A stretch of DNA of 64,000 bases from Candidatus Bathyarchaeota archaeon (GTDB lineage Archaea; Thermoproteota; Bathyarchaeia; Bathyarchaeales; Bathycorpusculaceae). This document shows positions 9,442 through 19,593 of the stretch, in pieces (the first letter of the stretch is position 1; every line of letters begins with the position of its first letter). The DNA lies in assembly GCA_963832745.1 (NCBI GenBank), contig CAWHVC010000002.1:384001-448000 (forward strand). Reading direction: 5' to 3'. The notes under the pieces are model-generated. The model was not told where the DNA came from. It saw only the letters and a program-made list of their open reading frames with translations, and ran no database searches. The position numbers were made by a program, and so were the translations under genes.

Positions 9442-9921
9442 ATGGCTGGAAAAGCAATCATCGTAATGGGTTCAGAACGTGACTTGGACTTTTCGCGTGA
9501 CATCGCTAAATACCTAAAAATCCTCGGCATACCCCACGCTTACCGTGTCGCCAGCGCCCACAAAACTCCCGAAAAAGTCTTAGAAGTAATAAAAGAGTTT
9601 GAAGCAGAAAAAATCGTTTACATCACCGTAGCAGGACGCAGCAACGCATTAAGCGCTTTTATGGACGCCAACACAACTAAACCCGTAATTGCCTGCCCAC
9701 CTTACAGTGAAAAGTTTGGCGGCGCAGACATCTACAGCAGCTTGCGGGTTCCCAGCGGGATTGGCTGCGTAGTCACCATCGAGCCTGAAGGCGCTGCGAT
9801 TGCGGCGGCTAAAATTTTTGCGCTCGACGACGCGGAATGTTTAAAGTTGGTTTGTGATTATCAGCTTTCTAAGAAGAAAGAAGTTGAAAAAGCCAACGAT
9901 TCAGTTGTAAAATTGAAATAG
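9442..9921 (+). CDS. purE: AIR carboxylase, class II-like PurE
   Basis: MGSERD, VASAHKTPE, AGRSNAL, PVIACPP. Confidence 0.92.
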   Translation: MAGKAIIVMGSERDLDFSRDIAKYLKILGIPHAYRVASAHKTPEKVLEVIKEFEAEKIVYITVAGRSNALSAFMDANTTKPVIACPPYSEKFGGADIYSSLRVPSGIGCVVTIEPEGAAIAAAKIFALDDAECLKLVCDYQLSKKKEVEKANDSVVKLK

Positions 9922-9981
9922 TAGTACTGCTTTTTCCTTTTTCCATTATTTCAGTGTTTGAACACCTGAAGAGATGAGATT

Positions 9982-11559
9982 ATGAAAACTGAAGTAAATA
10001 TTCCTAAGACTATGTCAACCCAGCATCCTGATAACGTTAATGTGCCTGAATGGTGTAAAGCCCCCGTCATTGACGGTAACGCGGAAGTGTTTGAGGCATA
10101 TTACGCTTACGACACGTTGGGCTGCCAGGAAGTCATGTGGGACAGCGAAGGTAAAGACGTTGACACCCGTGTCCTTCGTAAATTGATGGATAAACACTGG
10201 AAGTTCTTTGAAAATCACATCGTCGGCAGAGACGAGTTCTTAACTTACCGTATTCCCAACCCCAAAATCGAAGCCATTGAAAAGAAAGTGGTAACTGAAA
10301 CCCTGCAAAACATACCCATGGCTTACGATGCAGCAACAAGTTTTTACAAGAAAGATTTTGCGCCAATCTTTGAGGTTATTTTGCCTTTCACAACAGACGG
10401 CAAAGAACCAGTTTGGCTGTACAATTACTACAAAAACGCGATTGTGCATGATGAAGACGTTATGCTTGATGAGACTACAAAAGCTAGTGACTGGGTTGGC
10501 GAAACAAACCCTAAATCAATTAACGTTATCCCACTGGTTGAAGACTTTAAAAGCATCTATAACGTAGACCGCATTGTCAAGCCATACATCAAAATGGTTA
10601 AGCCCAAACACATGCGCGTCTTCATCGCCCGCAGCGACCCCGCCCTTAACTACGGCTTGATCGTGGCAGTTCTGTTGTCCAAAATTGGGTTATTCAAACT
10701 TAAAAAGCTGGAAAAAGAGGAAAACGTCGCCATCCACCCAATCTTGGGAGTCGGCTCCAAACCATTCCGTGGGCACCTCGCACCCGACAACGCAGAATGT
10801 TTCCTGCAAGAATACAAAGGCCTCTCAACCGTCACCATCCAATCTGCAGCCCGATATGATTACCCACTTGAGCAAGTTCAGGAATTCGTAAAAACCCTAA
10901 ACAAGTGCCTACCAAACGGTGAACCAGACCCAATCACGCCAGAAGAAGATAAGCTTCTTTCCAGTGTGCTTGAAAAATGTCGAAAACAGTATGAAGCTGT
11001 AGCTGAAGTCCTAGCGCCACTGGTAAACTGCATCTCTCCGTATGTGCCTCAGCGTAGAGCAAGAAAACTGCACATTGGCTTGTTCGGTTACAGCAGAAGC
11101 GTCGCTGGAGTCAGTCTGCCCCGCGCCATCCCATTTGCAGCAGCACTCTACAGCATCGGTTTACCGCCAGAATTCATAGGTGCCAAAGCCCTTGAAGACT
11201 TAACAGACGCCGAATACGACGCGTTAAGCAAACATTACGTCAACCTAAAACATGATTACTGCAGCGTAGGCGGCTACGTAAGCTGGGAAAACATTAACAT
11301 GCTCATGGAAATGCATCCCCGTGTCGCTAAACGTGCAGGCATGAACGTTGACAACCTACGTCTCGCATTAACCCGCATCCTTGCAGACCTGAAAACAGTC
11401 GAAGAAAAAATCGACACCAAACTCGGCCCACGTACCCTTGAGCACCGTAAACACGAAAACTTCACCAACAACTTCCTAATCAACTACCTACAAGAGGAAG
11501 AAACAGAAGCACGCAAAGCCTTAGTCGAAGCAGCAAAAATCAGACACTGCCTAGGCTAA
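9982..11559 (+). CDS. ppcA: archaeal-type phosphoenolpyruvate carboxylase
   Basis: IPKTMSTQHPDN, EVMWDSEGK, ARSDPALNYG, PFRGHL, RARKLHIGLFGYSR, LPRAI. Confidence 0.96.
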   Translation: MKTEVNIPKTMSTQHPDNVNVPEWCKAPVIDGNAEVFEAYYAYDTLGCQEVMWDSEGKDVDTRVLRKLMDKHWKFFENHIVGRDEFLTYRIPNPKIEAIEKKVVTETLQNIPMAYDAATSFYKKDFAPIFEVILPFTTDGKEPVWLYNYYKNAIVHDEDVMLDETTKASDWVGETNPKSINVIPLVEDFKSIYNVDRIVKPYIKMVKPKHMRVFIARSDPALNYGLIVAVLLSKIGLFKLKKLEKEENVAIHPILGVGSKPFRGHLAPDNAECFLQEYKGLSTVTIQSAARYDYPLEQVQEFVKTLNKCLPNGEPDPITPEEDKLLSSVLEKCRKQYEAVAEVLAPLVNCISPYVPQRRARKLHIGLFGYSRSVAGVSLPRAIPFAAALYSIGLPPEFIGAKALEDLTDAEYDALSKHYVNLKHDYCSVGGYVSWENINMLMEMHPRVAKRAGMNVDNLRLALTRILADLKTVEEKIDTKLGPRTLEHRKHENFTNNFLINYLQEEETEARKALVEAAKIRHCLG

Positions 11560-12211
11560 AATCAACAACCTATGCCTCTTCTTTTATTTTAGTTAACATA
11601 ATTATGCTATAATTCCTGTATTTTGTATTGAGTTTAGTTCTTAGTTAATCGTTTAACCATCGAAAAGCTGATGCTATCAACGGCTATTGCTTTGATTTTT
11701 TCCTTTGCGCTCAAATGGTTATGTGCAGAACTAAGCTGAAAAGAGGTTTTAATCGGTCACTTGTTGGATTCTTTTTTTCTTTGTGTTAGCCATGTTTTGG
11801 CTAGTTCTTGTCCTTTTTCTAAGTAAATTAAGTTAACGATTTTGTTCCAGTCGAAGTTTTCTCGTTGGTTGCAGTGTGGGTATTCTTGGGGTGTGAGCAT
11901 TATGAGTCTGTCTGAGTCGCAGATTGTTTGGAAGAGTTCGGTTGGGTTGTAATGGTGGGGAACTGGATAGGGTGTTAGGCTTGTTTGTGGTTGGAAAAGG
12001 TGTTTTTAGTTATAACTAGTTTAAATCCTTGTGTAACAGTATATAGGTTGTTAAGTCAGCGTTTTCGAACAATTGAAAAAGTCAAGTCTCCAGTTGCTTA
12101 CTGTTCAAATCCATCTTATTTGGCATGACTCTAAGATATGAGTGAGCCCCCAGAATTTCAAAACGTTGACTTTGCTAAAAGATTAACGATTAATATTGAG
12201 GACAGAATAAC

Positions 12212-13855
12212 ATGGCATATTTAACGCAAACCCAAAGCGGTCAACCCGTACTCATTTTGAAAGAAGGAACCACTCGAAGTAGAGGCAAAGAAGCCCAACG
12301 AAACAACATCATGGCCGCTCAAGTAATCGGGGAAGTACTCAAAACCACCCTAGGTCCACGCGGCATGGATAAAATGCTCATCGACAGCCTCGGTGACATC
12401 ACCATAACAAACGATGGTGCCACAATCCTAAAAGAAATAGATGTGGAACATCCAGCAGCAAAAATGATGATTGAAATCGCCAAAACACAAGACGAAATGG
12501 TAGGCGACGGAACCACAACCGTTGTAGTGCTAGCCAGTGAACTTCTCAAAAAAGCAGAAATACTTCTAGACCAGAACGTCCACCCAATGATACTGGTCGG
12601 AGGATACCGCAAGGCAGCACAGAAAGCAATGGAAATCATAACCAAAAACGCCGTAGACATCAATGTTGACGATAAAAAAATGATGATGAAAGTTGCTTTG
12701 ACCTCTATGGGAAGCAAATCTGTGGGTGGCGCTAAAGAGCACTTTGCAGAAATAGCCATAGAAGCAATAAAGCAGGTAACCGAGAAACGTGCAGACAAGA
12801 CAATCGCTGACATAGATAACATACAACTGGTGAAGAAGACGGGAAAAAGCCTCATCGAAACCCAACTTATCAGAGGCATAATCATCGACAAAGAAGTCGT
12901 TAACCCGGGAATGCCTAAAAAGAAAGAAAACGCCAAAATCGCACTTTTAGACATAGCCCTAGAAATCGAAAAAACAGAGACAAGCGCCGAAATACGCATA
13001 CATGAACCCAACCAGTTGAAAGCCTTCCTAGACCAAGAAGACAACACGCTCAAAGAAATGGTAACCAAAATCAAAGCTTCAGGCGCAGACATAGTGTTCT
13101 GCCAAAAAGGAATCGACGACATGGTACAACACTTCCTATCAAAAGAAGGCATAATGGCAGCTCGAAGAGTCAAAGAGTCAGACATGGAAAAGCTTTCAAG
13201 AGCAACAGGTGGACGAGTAAGCTCTAATTTGAATGATTTAAAGACGACTGACTTAGGTTTTGCCGGTTTAGTTGAAGAACGCAAAATCGGTGACGACAAA
13301 ATGATTTTCGTCGAAAAATGCAAAGACCCACACAGCGTAGCCATACTGATACGTGCAGGGCTTGAAAGAATGGTGGATGAAGCTGAAAGAACATTAGTAG
13401 ATGCGTTGTCAGTAATTTCAGATGTTACAGAAAACAATAAAATCGTTGCTGGCGGCGGCGCAATCGAAATCGAAATAGCTAAAGAACTACGCAATTACTC
13501 AACCAAAGTCGGTGGAAGACAACAACTCGCAGTAGAAGCTTTCGCAGACGCAGTTGAAGCAATCCCACGCACCCTTGCAGAAAACGGCGGCTTAGAAGCA
13601 ATCGATGTACTCATAGAGTTACGTCAAGTACACGACAAAGAAGACGGCAAATACATGGGCATCAACATATTCACAGGTAAACTACAAAACAGCATTGAAA
13701 ACGGCGTCATCGAACCAATCGTCGTTAAAGAGCAAGCCATAAAATCAGCAGCCGAATCAGCAGCCATGATTTTACGCGTAGACGACATCATCACAGCTAA
13801 ATCTCCAAAAGGCGGGCCAGCAGGTGGAATGCCGGGCGGTATGGGCGAAGAATAA
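12212..13855 (+). CDS. thermosome (group II chaperonin) subunit
   Basis: TLGPRGMDKM, TNDGATIL, GDGTTT, GGM tail. Confidence 0.97.
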   Translation: MAYLTQTQSGQPVLILKEGTTRSRGKEAQRNNIMAAQVIGEVLKTTLGPRGMDKMLIDSLGDITITNDGATILKEIDVEHPAAKMMIEIAKTQDEMVGDGTTTVVVLASELLKKAEILLDQNVHPMILVGGYRKAAQKAMEIITKNAVDINVDDKKMMMKVALTSMGSKSVGGAKEHFAEIAIEAIKQVTEKRADKTIADIDNIQLVKKTGKSLIETQLIRGIIIDKEVVNPGMPKKKENAKIALLDIALEIEKTETSAEIRIHEPNQLKAFLDQEDNTLKEMVTKIKASGADIVFCQKGIDDMVQHFLSKEGIMAARRVKESDMEKLSRATGGRVSSNLNDLKTTDLGFAGLVEERKIGDDKMIFVEKCKDPHSVAILIRAGLERMVDEAERTLVDALSVISDVTENNKIVAGGGAIEIEIAKELRNYSTKVGGRQQLAVEAFADAVEAIPRTLAENGGLEAIDVLIELRQVHDKEDGKYMGINIFTGKLQNSIENGVIEPIVVKEQAIKSAAESAAMILRVDDIITAKSPKGGPAGGMPGGMGEE

Positions 13856-14122
13856 ATTTCACCCTACATACTAGAACACTTTCCACAAAAGAAATAATGA
13901 ATAGGCAAAAAATTTACCCACAACCATCCGACTGATTAATGGCGGTTCCCCTTCTCTATCAGGGGTCGTGTGCTTTTTTTAAATGGCTGGTTTTAGGTTC
14001 AAACATGTCCTTCTAAAATAATATCCCCAAAATAATCAAAGTAACTTTTGTTTGTGTGGATAAAGTGATATAAGGGAAAATTTAGTATTCACCTATCAAG
14101 CACAAACTTTGAGGAATCAACA

Positions 14123-15181
14123 TTGGGCAGCGTTAAAGATTTACAAGTAATAAAACCCGCTACCCCCGAAGCGATGGGTGTCGGTAGGTTTGATTTTTCT
14201 GACCGTTTTAGCGTTTTTGATTGGGGCGAAATGCCTGACCATATCGTCGGCAAAGGCGCCGCGCTCGCAGTTATGGGGGCTTACTGTTTTGAGCAACTTG
14301 AACGCGTCGGCGTACACACACATTACCGCGGACTCATTGACGAGTCAGGAGAAGCAATGCGGGTTGGCGAGTTAAAAGACCCCTCAAACATCATGGAAGT
14401 CTCACTCGTAAACGTCTACCACCCAAAAATTACCACAGACGCCGGAAAAATCACACGAGACTACAGCATGTACACGCCAGACCTCAAAAACTGCCTAATC
14501 CCCCTCGAAATCATTTACCGCAACGGCTTACCCGAAGGGTCTTCCGTCTTCAAACGCCTCGCACAAGGCAAAGTCACACTCCAAGACCTCGGCTTAGACC
14601 ACCAGCCAAAACCTGGCGAAACCCTAGAGAAACCCATTTTTGACGTAAGCACCAAACTCGAAGAAACCGACCGCTACATCACATGGCAGGAAGCCCAACA
14701 AATCAGTTGCCTAAGCGACTCGGAACTTGCTGAAGTTAAAGTGGTGCTTCTAAAGGCTGATGAAGTCATTTCAAAGGCAGCCAAGAACGCTGAGTTGAAA
14801 AATGAGGATGGCAAAATCGAATTGTCCTTTGATGAGAAACGCAAACTTATGGTTGTAGACGTCGTTGGCACACTTGATGAATGCCGCTTCACTTACGGCG
14901 GTGTGCATGTCAGCAAAGAGGTTGCCCGCCAATTCTACAAGAAAACACAATGGTACACTGACTTGGAAGAAGCCAAAAAACAAGCTGAAACCCAAGGCGT
15001 CAAAGAATGGAAGACCCTTTGCAAGTCACAACCGCCCCGACTTGACCCAACACTTAAACGCGTTATCAGCGAAATGTACATGTCAGTTGCTAACGAGGTG
15101 ACTGGTCTTGGCTTGTTTGATTCGCCAAGGCTTTGTGACGTTATTAATGAGTATAAAGATTACATGAGTGAAAAAGCATGA
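14123..15181 (+). CDS. purC: SAICAR synthase
   Basis: MGSVKD, FSDRFSVFDWG, STKLEETDR, DGKIE, GTLDECRF. Confidence 0.95.
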   Translation: MGSVKDLQVIKPATPEAMGVGRFDFSDRFSVFDWGEMPDHIVGKGAALAVMGAYCFEQLERVGVHTHYRGLIDESGEAMRVGELKDPSNIMEVSLVNVYHPKITTDAGKITRDYSMYTPDLKNCLIPLEIIYRNGLPEGSSVFKRLAQGKVTLQDLGLDHQPKPGETLEKPIFDVSTKLEETDRYITWQEAQQISCLSDSELAEVKVVLLKADEVISKAAKNAELKNEDGKIELSFDEKRKLMVVDVVGTLDECRFTYGGVHVSKEVARQFYKKTQWYTDLEEAKKQAETQGVKEWKTLCKSQPPRLDPTLKRVISEMYMSVANEVTGLGLFDSPRLCDVINEYKDYMSEKA

Positions 15182-16278
15182 GCATGCAAAAACAGATTCA
15201 GCAGGTTATTGCGGGTTACGACCCTGAGAAGGTGCATATCGGCGTTTTAGGCAGCCACTCCGCCCTTGAAATCGCCGCCGGCGCCAAACAGGAAGGATTT
15301 AAAACCGTCGTCGTATGCCAAAACGGGCGCGAGAAAACATACGCCCGCTACTACCGCAACATTTTCGACAAATTCATCTTCCTCGACCGATTCCAAGACA
15401 TAACACGCCCCGAAACCGTCAAAGAACTCGCCGACCTAAACACCGTTTTCGTGCCCAACCGTTCGTTTAGCGTGTACGCCGGTTACCAGGCAATAGAACA
15501 AAAATTCGCCGTGCCCCTGATGGGAAACCGGTATCTGCTCAAAACTGAAGAACGCACAGCCCCAAGGAACCAGCTTTGGCTCCTAAAAGAAGCAGGCATA
15601 GAGTTGCCCCGCGCTATCAAGACGCCCCAAGAAATCGATTGTCCCACAATCATCAAAGTCCCAGAAAAAGGCCGCAGCATTGAACGCGCCTTCTTCTACG
15701 CATCCACTTACGAGGAGTACAAGCGGGAAGCACAAAAACGCCTCGATGCAGGCATAATCACTCAAGAAGCACTTGACCAAGCCATTATCGAGGAATACGT
15801 GATTGGCGCCAAATTCAACGCAAACTACTTCTACTCACCCCTAAACGACGACATCGACCTACTCGGTTTTGACAGGCGCATCCAAACCGACCTCGACGGC
15901 GTTCTTGACCTACCAGCACAGGAACAGCTTGAACTAAACATTCCCACACAAAACATTGAAATCGGCCACATGGGCGTAACTATGCGTGAAAGCCAACTGG
16001 AAAAAATCTTTGAAGCAGCTGAAAAATTCGTTCGTGTCTGCGCTAAAGAGTACCCGCCCGGCATGATAGGTCTGTTTGCGCTTCAAGGCGCGGTTACCAA
16101 GGATTTGCAGTTCCGCGTTTTCGACGTAAGCCCCCGTGTCCCCGGTTGTCCATGCGTTGAACCAACCTCGCCCTACATGAAATATAAGTACGGTACCGAA
16201 GTTGGTCCAGGCAAACGTGTTGCGATGGAAATCAAACGGGCGCTTCGCAAAGGCAGATTGTCTGATGTGGTTACATGA
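15178..16278 (+). CDS. purP: PurP / PurP-like ATP-grasp (formate--AICAR ligase family), copy 1
   Basis: GSHSALEI.GAKQEGF, PNRSF, IEEYVIG, GLFALQG; ATGA overlap with purC. Confidence 0.88.
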   Translation: MSMQKQIQQVIAGYDPEKVHIGVLGSHSALEIAAGAKQEGFKTVVVCQNGREKTYARYYRNIFDKFIFLDRFQDITRPETVKELADLNTVFVPNRSFSVYAGYQAIEQKFAVPLMGNRYLLKTEERTAPRNQLWLLKEAGIELPRAIKTPQEIDCPTIIKVPEKGRSIERAFFYASTYEEYKREAQKRLDAGIITQEALDQAIIEEYVIGAKFNANYFYSPLNDDIDLLGFDRRIQTDLDGVLDLPAQEQLELNIPTQNIEIGHMGVTMRESQLEKIFEAAEKFVRVCAKEYPPGMIGLFALQGAVTKDLQFRVFDVSPRVPGCPCVEPTSPYMKYKYGTEVGPGKRVAMEIKRALRKGRLSDVVT

Positions 16279-17360
16279 TAGAAGCCCAAGACGTCCAAAA
16301 GATTCTTGACAAGTATGACCAATCCAAACTTGCAATCGGCACCTTGGGCTCCCACAGTTCTCTTAACATTTTTAAGGGCGCCAAAGAAGAAGGCTTCCGC
16401 ACCGTTTGTATCTGTAAAGAAAAAGACGCCATAATGTACCAGAAATACCCAGTCGTCGACGAACTCATCATTGTTAAAGATTTTACGGAGTTGCTAAATG
16501 AGAAGCTGCAGGAACGTTTACGAGCGCTTAACGTGGTTTTGATTCCTCATGGCTCCTTCACTGCTTACCTGAGCACTGAGCAACTTACCGATAACCTGAA
16601 AGTGCCCATGATGGGAAACCGCCAGCTGCTCCATTGGGAAGCCAACCGGAAAAGCCAAGAAGAATGGCTACGCCAAGCAGGATTACGGTTGCCCGCCACT
16701 TTTCAGTCGCCAGACGAAATTGACCGTCTCGTCATTGCCAAACTGCAAGGTGCCAAAGGCGGCAGAGGCTATTTCCTTGCCAACTCACCAAAAGGCTTCT
16801 ACAAAAAAGCTGAAGAAATGATAAAACGTGGCTTAATCACCCCACAAGACGTAGCTACCGTTCACCTGCAAGAGTACGCGTTGGGCGTTAACGTTTACCC
16901 CAGCTACTTTAGCAGCATAATTAACAACGACGTTGAAATGCTTGCGATGGACCGTCGTTATGAATCCGCCGTTGACTCCATCGGCAAAATCCCCGCTGCT
17001 GAACAACTTGAAATTGACGTTGCCCCAACTTACACCGTCGTAGGCAACTTCCCCATAGTCCTACGCGAATCCTTACTGCCAGAAATTATGCGAATGGGTG
17101 AAGCAGTCCATAAAAAAGCAGCTGAACTCGCCCCACCCGGAATCATCGGACCCTTCTGCCTTGAAACAGTCATCACTGATGACCTTAAAATCTACACGTT
17201 TGAAATCTCAGCACGCATCGTTGCAGGCACTAACGTTGGCATCGGCACGTCACCTTACGCTTACTTGCGATATGGCGAGAACATGTACATGGGCAGACGT
17301 ATTGCGTTGGAACTAAAAAATGCGGTTAAGCAGAAACGGCTACACGAAGTAGTAGCATAA
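16275..17360 (+). CDS. purP: formate--AICAR ligase PurP, copy 2
   Basis: GSHSSLNI, PHGSF, GAKGGRGYF, DRRYES, GPFCLE, FEISARIVAGTN. Confidence 0.92.
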   Translation: MIEAQDVQKILDKYDQSKLAIGTLGSHSSLNIFKGAKEEGFRTVCICKEKDAIMYQKYPVVDELIIVKDFTELLNEKLQERLRALNVVLIPHGSFTAYLSTEQLTDNLKVPMMGNRQLLHWEANRKSQEEWLRQAGLRLPATFQSPDEIDRLVIAKLQGAKGGRGYFLANSPKGFYKKAEEMIKRGLITPQDVATVHLQEYALGVNVYPSYFSSIINNDVEMLAMDRRYESAVDSIGKIPAAEQLEIDVAPTYTVVGNFPIVLRESLLPEIMRMGEAVHKKAAELAPPGIIGPFCLETVITDDLKIYTFEISARIVAGTNVGIGTSPYAYLRYGENMYMGRRIALELKNAVKQKRLHEVVA

Positions 17361-17448
17361 ACAGAACATTTTTTGTTTTTTCTATACTTCTTTTCTATCA
17401 ACAGTTAAATGTTCCGTAACGTTTTTTTGCGCAAGGAGAAGGAAGGCT

Positions 17449-17631
17449 TTGGCTCAATCTGAAGAGAACGGGTACCTGTTCATTGACGGAATACCGCTTG
17501 TTTACAGCAAACGCAATATTGAGAGGCAACAAAAAATTGAAACATGGCTCACCCTGTATCAGTTAACCGAAGACCTAAAAGCAGCTAAAGACCAGCTTAA
17601 AACCGCTACCATCCCCGACTATATCCGTTAA
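17449..17631 (+). CDS. small hypothetical protein
   Basis: 60 aa ORF with purine-rich RBS (AGGAGAAGGAAGG); convergent 4-bp overlap with the kinase gene. Confidence 0.5.
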   Translation: MAQSEENGYLFIDGIPLVYSKRNIERQQKIETWLTLYQLTEDLKAAKDQLKTATIPDYIR

Positions 17632-18395
17632 AGGCACAAATTGAGTAAAGCTTCAAAACTGTTTCTGGAACGGTCTTTCTTATAACGCCGAAGTGCATCA
17701 ATGATTGCATAACGGTCTTTTTCGCCAAGAACTTCCCAGACCAATCGAGGCACGACACTGTTGCCGGCAAAAAGGTACTGGCATACCGCGGTAACGTTTG
17801 ATGCTTTACGCTGGATGCTGGCGGTTTCAAAATCAACAATAAACGGTGCGCCCGACTTATCCATAAGAAGATGCCTAGGGGCCTTGCTGAGTTCACCATG
17901 GTCTAAGCCTGCCTCGTCAAGCCGCCAACACTGTTCCAAAATGTTCCCCAAAACCCTGCAGAACTCCAGTTTTTCTTTGTGAGCTTCAAGCCAGTTTGCC
18001 AGCAAGTCGCCGTCAATAAGTTGGGAAAGCAAAAAATTTTTGGTGACAGCCTTGAATTTAGGTCCGACTCCTTCGGTGTTGGCTTTTTGCAGCATTTCTG
18101 CTTCATGGAAAAGGTCCACCCGGTCAGCATCAAGCCTACGCATCTTTAACGCGTACCGCTCGCCGCCAACATAAGCAACAACAACTATGCCCACATAGCC
18201 TTTGCCTAAAATAGAGGTTTTACCGATGGCTGTTGTGCCTGTGAATTCTAAGGTGTCAACGCCTAAACCCCTTAGTTCGTTAAGTCTTTTTTGTAGTTCC
18301 TGTTGTGATGGTTTTGGGTAACAGATTATGTTTGGGTAAGGTGGTTGTTTTAAATTTTCAATGCTGATAATTTGTGTTTTATTGGATTCAGGCAT
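17628..18395 (-). CDS. RIO/Bud32-like atypical Ser/Thr protein kinase
   Basis: LGKGYVGIV, ALKMRR, DHGELS, IVDFETAS. Confidence 0.85.
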   Translation of the reverse strand: MPESNKTQIISIENLKQPPYPNIICYPKPSQQELQKRLNELRGLGVDTLEFTGTTAIGKTSILGKGYVGIVVVAYVGGERYALKMRRLDADRVDLFHEAEMLQKANTEGVGPKFKAVTKNFLLSQLIDGDLLANWLEAHKEKLEFCRVLGNILEQCWRLDEAGLDHGELSKAPRHLLMDKSGAPFIVDFETASIQRKASNVTAVCQYLFAGNSVVPRLVWEVLGEKDRYAIIDALRRYKKDRSRNSFEALLNLCL

Positions 18396-18432
18396 CTCTG
18401 GGTTATGGATCCTTTATGATGATTTTACGAGA

Positions 18433-18667
18433 CTACTCTTTTTTGTCTGCATATTTAAGGTATCGCCACATAATGAAACCGAAGAATGACAGTGCGAAGC
18501 TAATCATCATATACGTCTAGCGTGAGCCAATCTAAATACTTGTCAACATGCCAGTCTCCATACTACGTTTTTGTAACATGAATCGATAGTACGCCATACG
18601 CCACAATTATTAACCCGTAAATAACCAATGCTTCAGAGACAGCCATAAGTAACTTATTTGTTCTCAT
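18433..18667 (-). pseudogene. small two-TM membrane protein interrupted by in-frame TAG and a frameshift
   Basis: MRTNKLL...HVTKT*YGDWHVDKYLDWLTLDV, then a shifted frame MMISFALSFFGFIMWRYLKYADKKE; may be sequence error. Confidence 0.45.
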
Positions 18668-18828
18668 TTTTCCAATCCCTCGAAGGCTCTTCTTTTTAGC
18701 GCTGAGCGGATATTTGCACATATGGTGCTGGCGTTTATGAAAATTGCCAAGAAAATTGGTTGTGTGTCCAAAAATTACGTCTGCACACAATTATTGCTTT
18801 TTAGCTTCAAGCTTCTGTGTGAACGTAT

Positions 18829-19512
18829 TTGCCGTTTGACCCTGAAGCTGTTTCACGTTTCAAAGGCATAACTGTTGCCCTTTTAGGAATCGTAGCGGCT
18901 GCGCTGGGTATTTGGCTTGTCGGCTTGTTCGGTGACTACTTCAAAATCAATTCCATCTTTACACCTGTCGTGCTTACAAACGCTTTAGGAATAGACCTGT
19001 TAGGGGCAATAGTTCCAATCGCGGCTGCAATAGTAGCTTTGCTGGTGTTCCTCAAAACGGCAAAATCTCCCCTCAAAAAGCTCGCCATAACTTTTTCTGC
19101 ATCCGTGGCTTTGGCGTTTCTTCTCTGTCATGAAACTCCTGATGGCATAGCCGGTTACCCATTACTGTTCGCTTTAGCCTCAAGCATTGCTGCAGCAGTG
19201 GTGAATTTGTATCCTAAACCCTTTGTTGACTTACAAAAAAACTTCTCGTCCACATTAATGCTAACGCTGACTTGCGTGCCGCTGTCACTGTCTACTGTTG
19301 ATTTAGCCTACTCACCCAGCTTCTATGGCGCTGTCATCGGCGGCAACGGCTTAACCGATGGTTTACTGATATCAACATTGTATGCTCCTTTCGCGATGAC
19401 TGGTGTTTTCTGTGCTTTATCGTATGCGTCTCAAATGGTTTTGCTAATTAAAAAGTCCCGTGCTGCAAGCAAGATAGAGTCGTTAGCTAAAACTGGTGTT
19501 GTTACCCCTTAA
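18829..19512 (+). CDS. polytopic membrane protein (DUF1614-like)
   Basis: Multiple TMs, GIDLLGAIVP and IGGNGLTDGL motifs. Confidence 0.65.
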   Translation: MPFDPEAVSRFKGITVALLGIVAAALGIWLVGLFGDYFKINSIFTPVVLTNALGIDLLGAIVPIAAAIVALLVFLKTAKSPLKKLAITFSASVALAFLLCHETPDGIAGYPLLFALASSIAAAVVNLYPKPFVDLQKNFSSTLMLTLTCVPLSLSTVDLAYSPSFYGAVIGGNGLTDGLLISTLYAPFAMTGVFCALSYASQMVLLIKKSRAASKIESLAKTGVVTP

Positions 19513-19593
19513 AATAGTCCATCGTTCGTTAAAGTTGATTAAAAAGAATAATAGGCACATTACTTCAACTATGCCTGTTTTACGGGTTTAGAA

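Noticed and set aside
11757-12007. Open minus-strand frame between ppcA and thermosome
   Set aside because: Lies in a strongly skewed tract that suppresses stops; only about 47 codons follow the first ATG and there is no recognisable motif, so it cannot be supported as a gene.
12319-13494. 391 aa antisense ORF in the thermosome gene
   Set aside because: Shadow ORF fully overlapping a highly conserved gene; no domain signal.
15178-17360. Tandem purP duplication as a novelty
   Set aside because: Paired PurP/PurP-like genes are a known arrangement in many archaea.
18563-18565. In-frame TAG as possible pyrrolysine or readthrough codon
   Set aside because: The same small gene also needs a frameshift, no pyl genes are visible, and TAG is used as a normal stop elsewhere; a TGG-to-TAG error or mutation is simpler.
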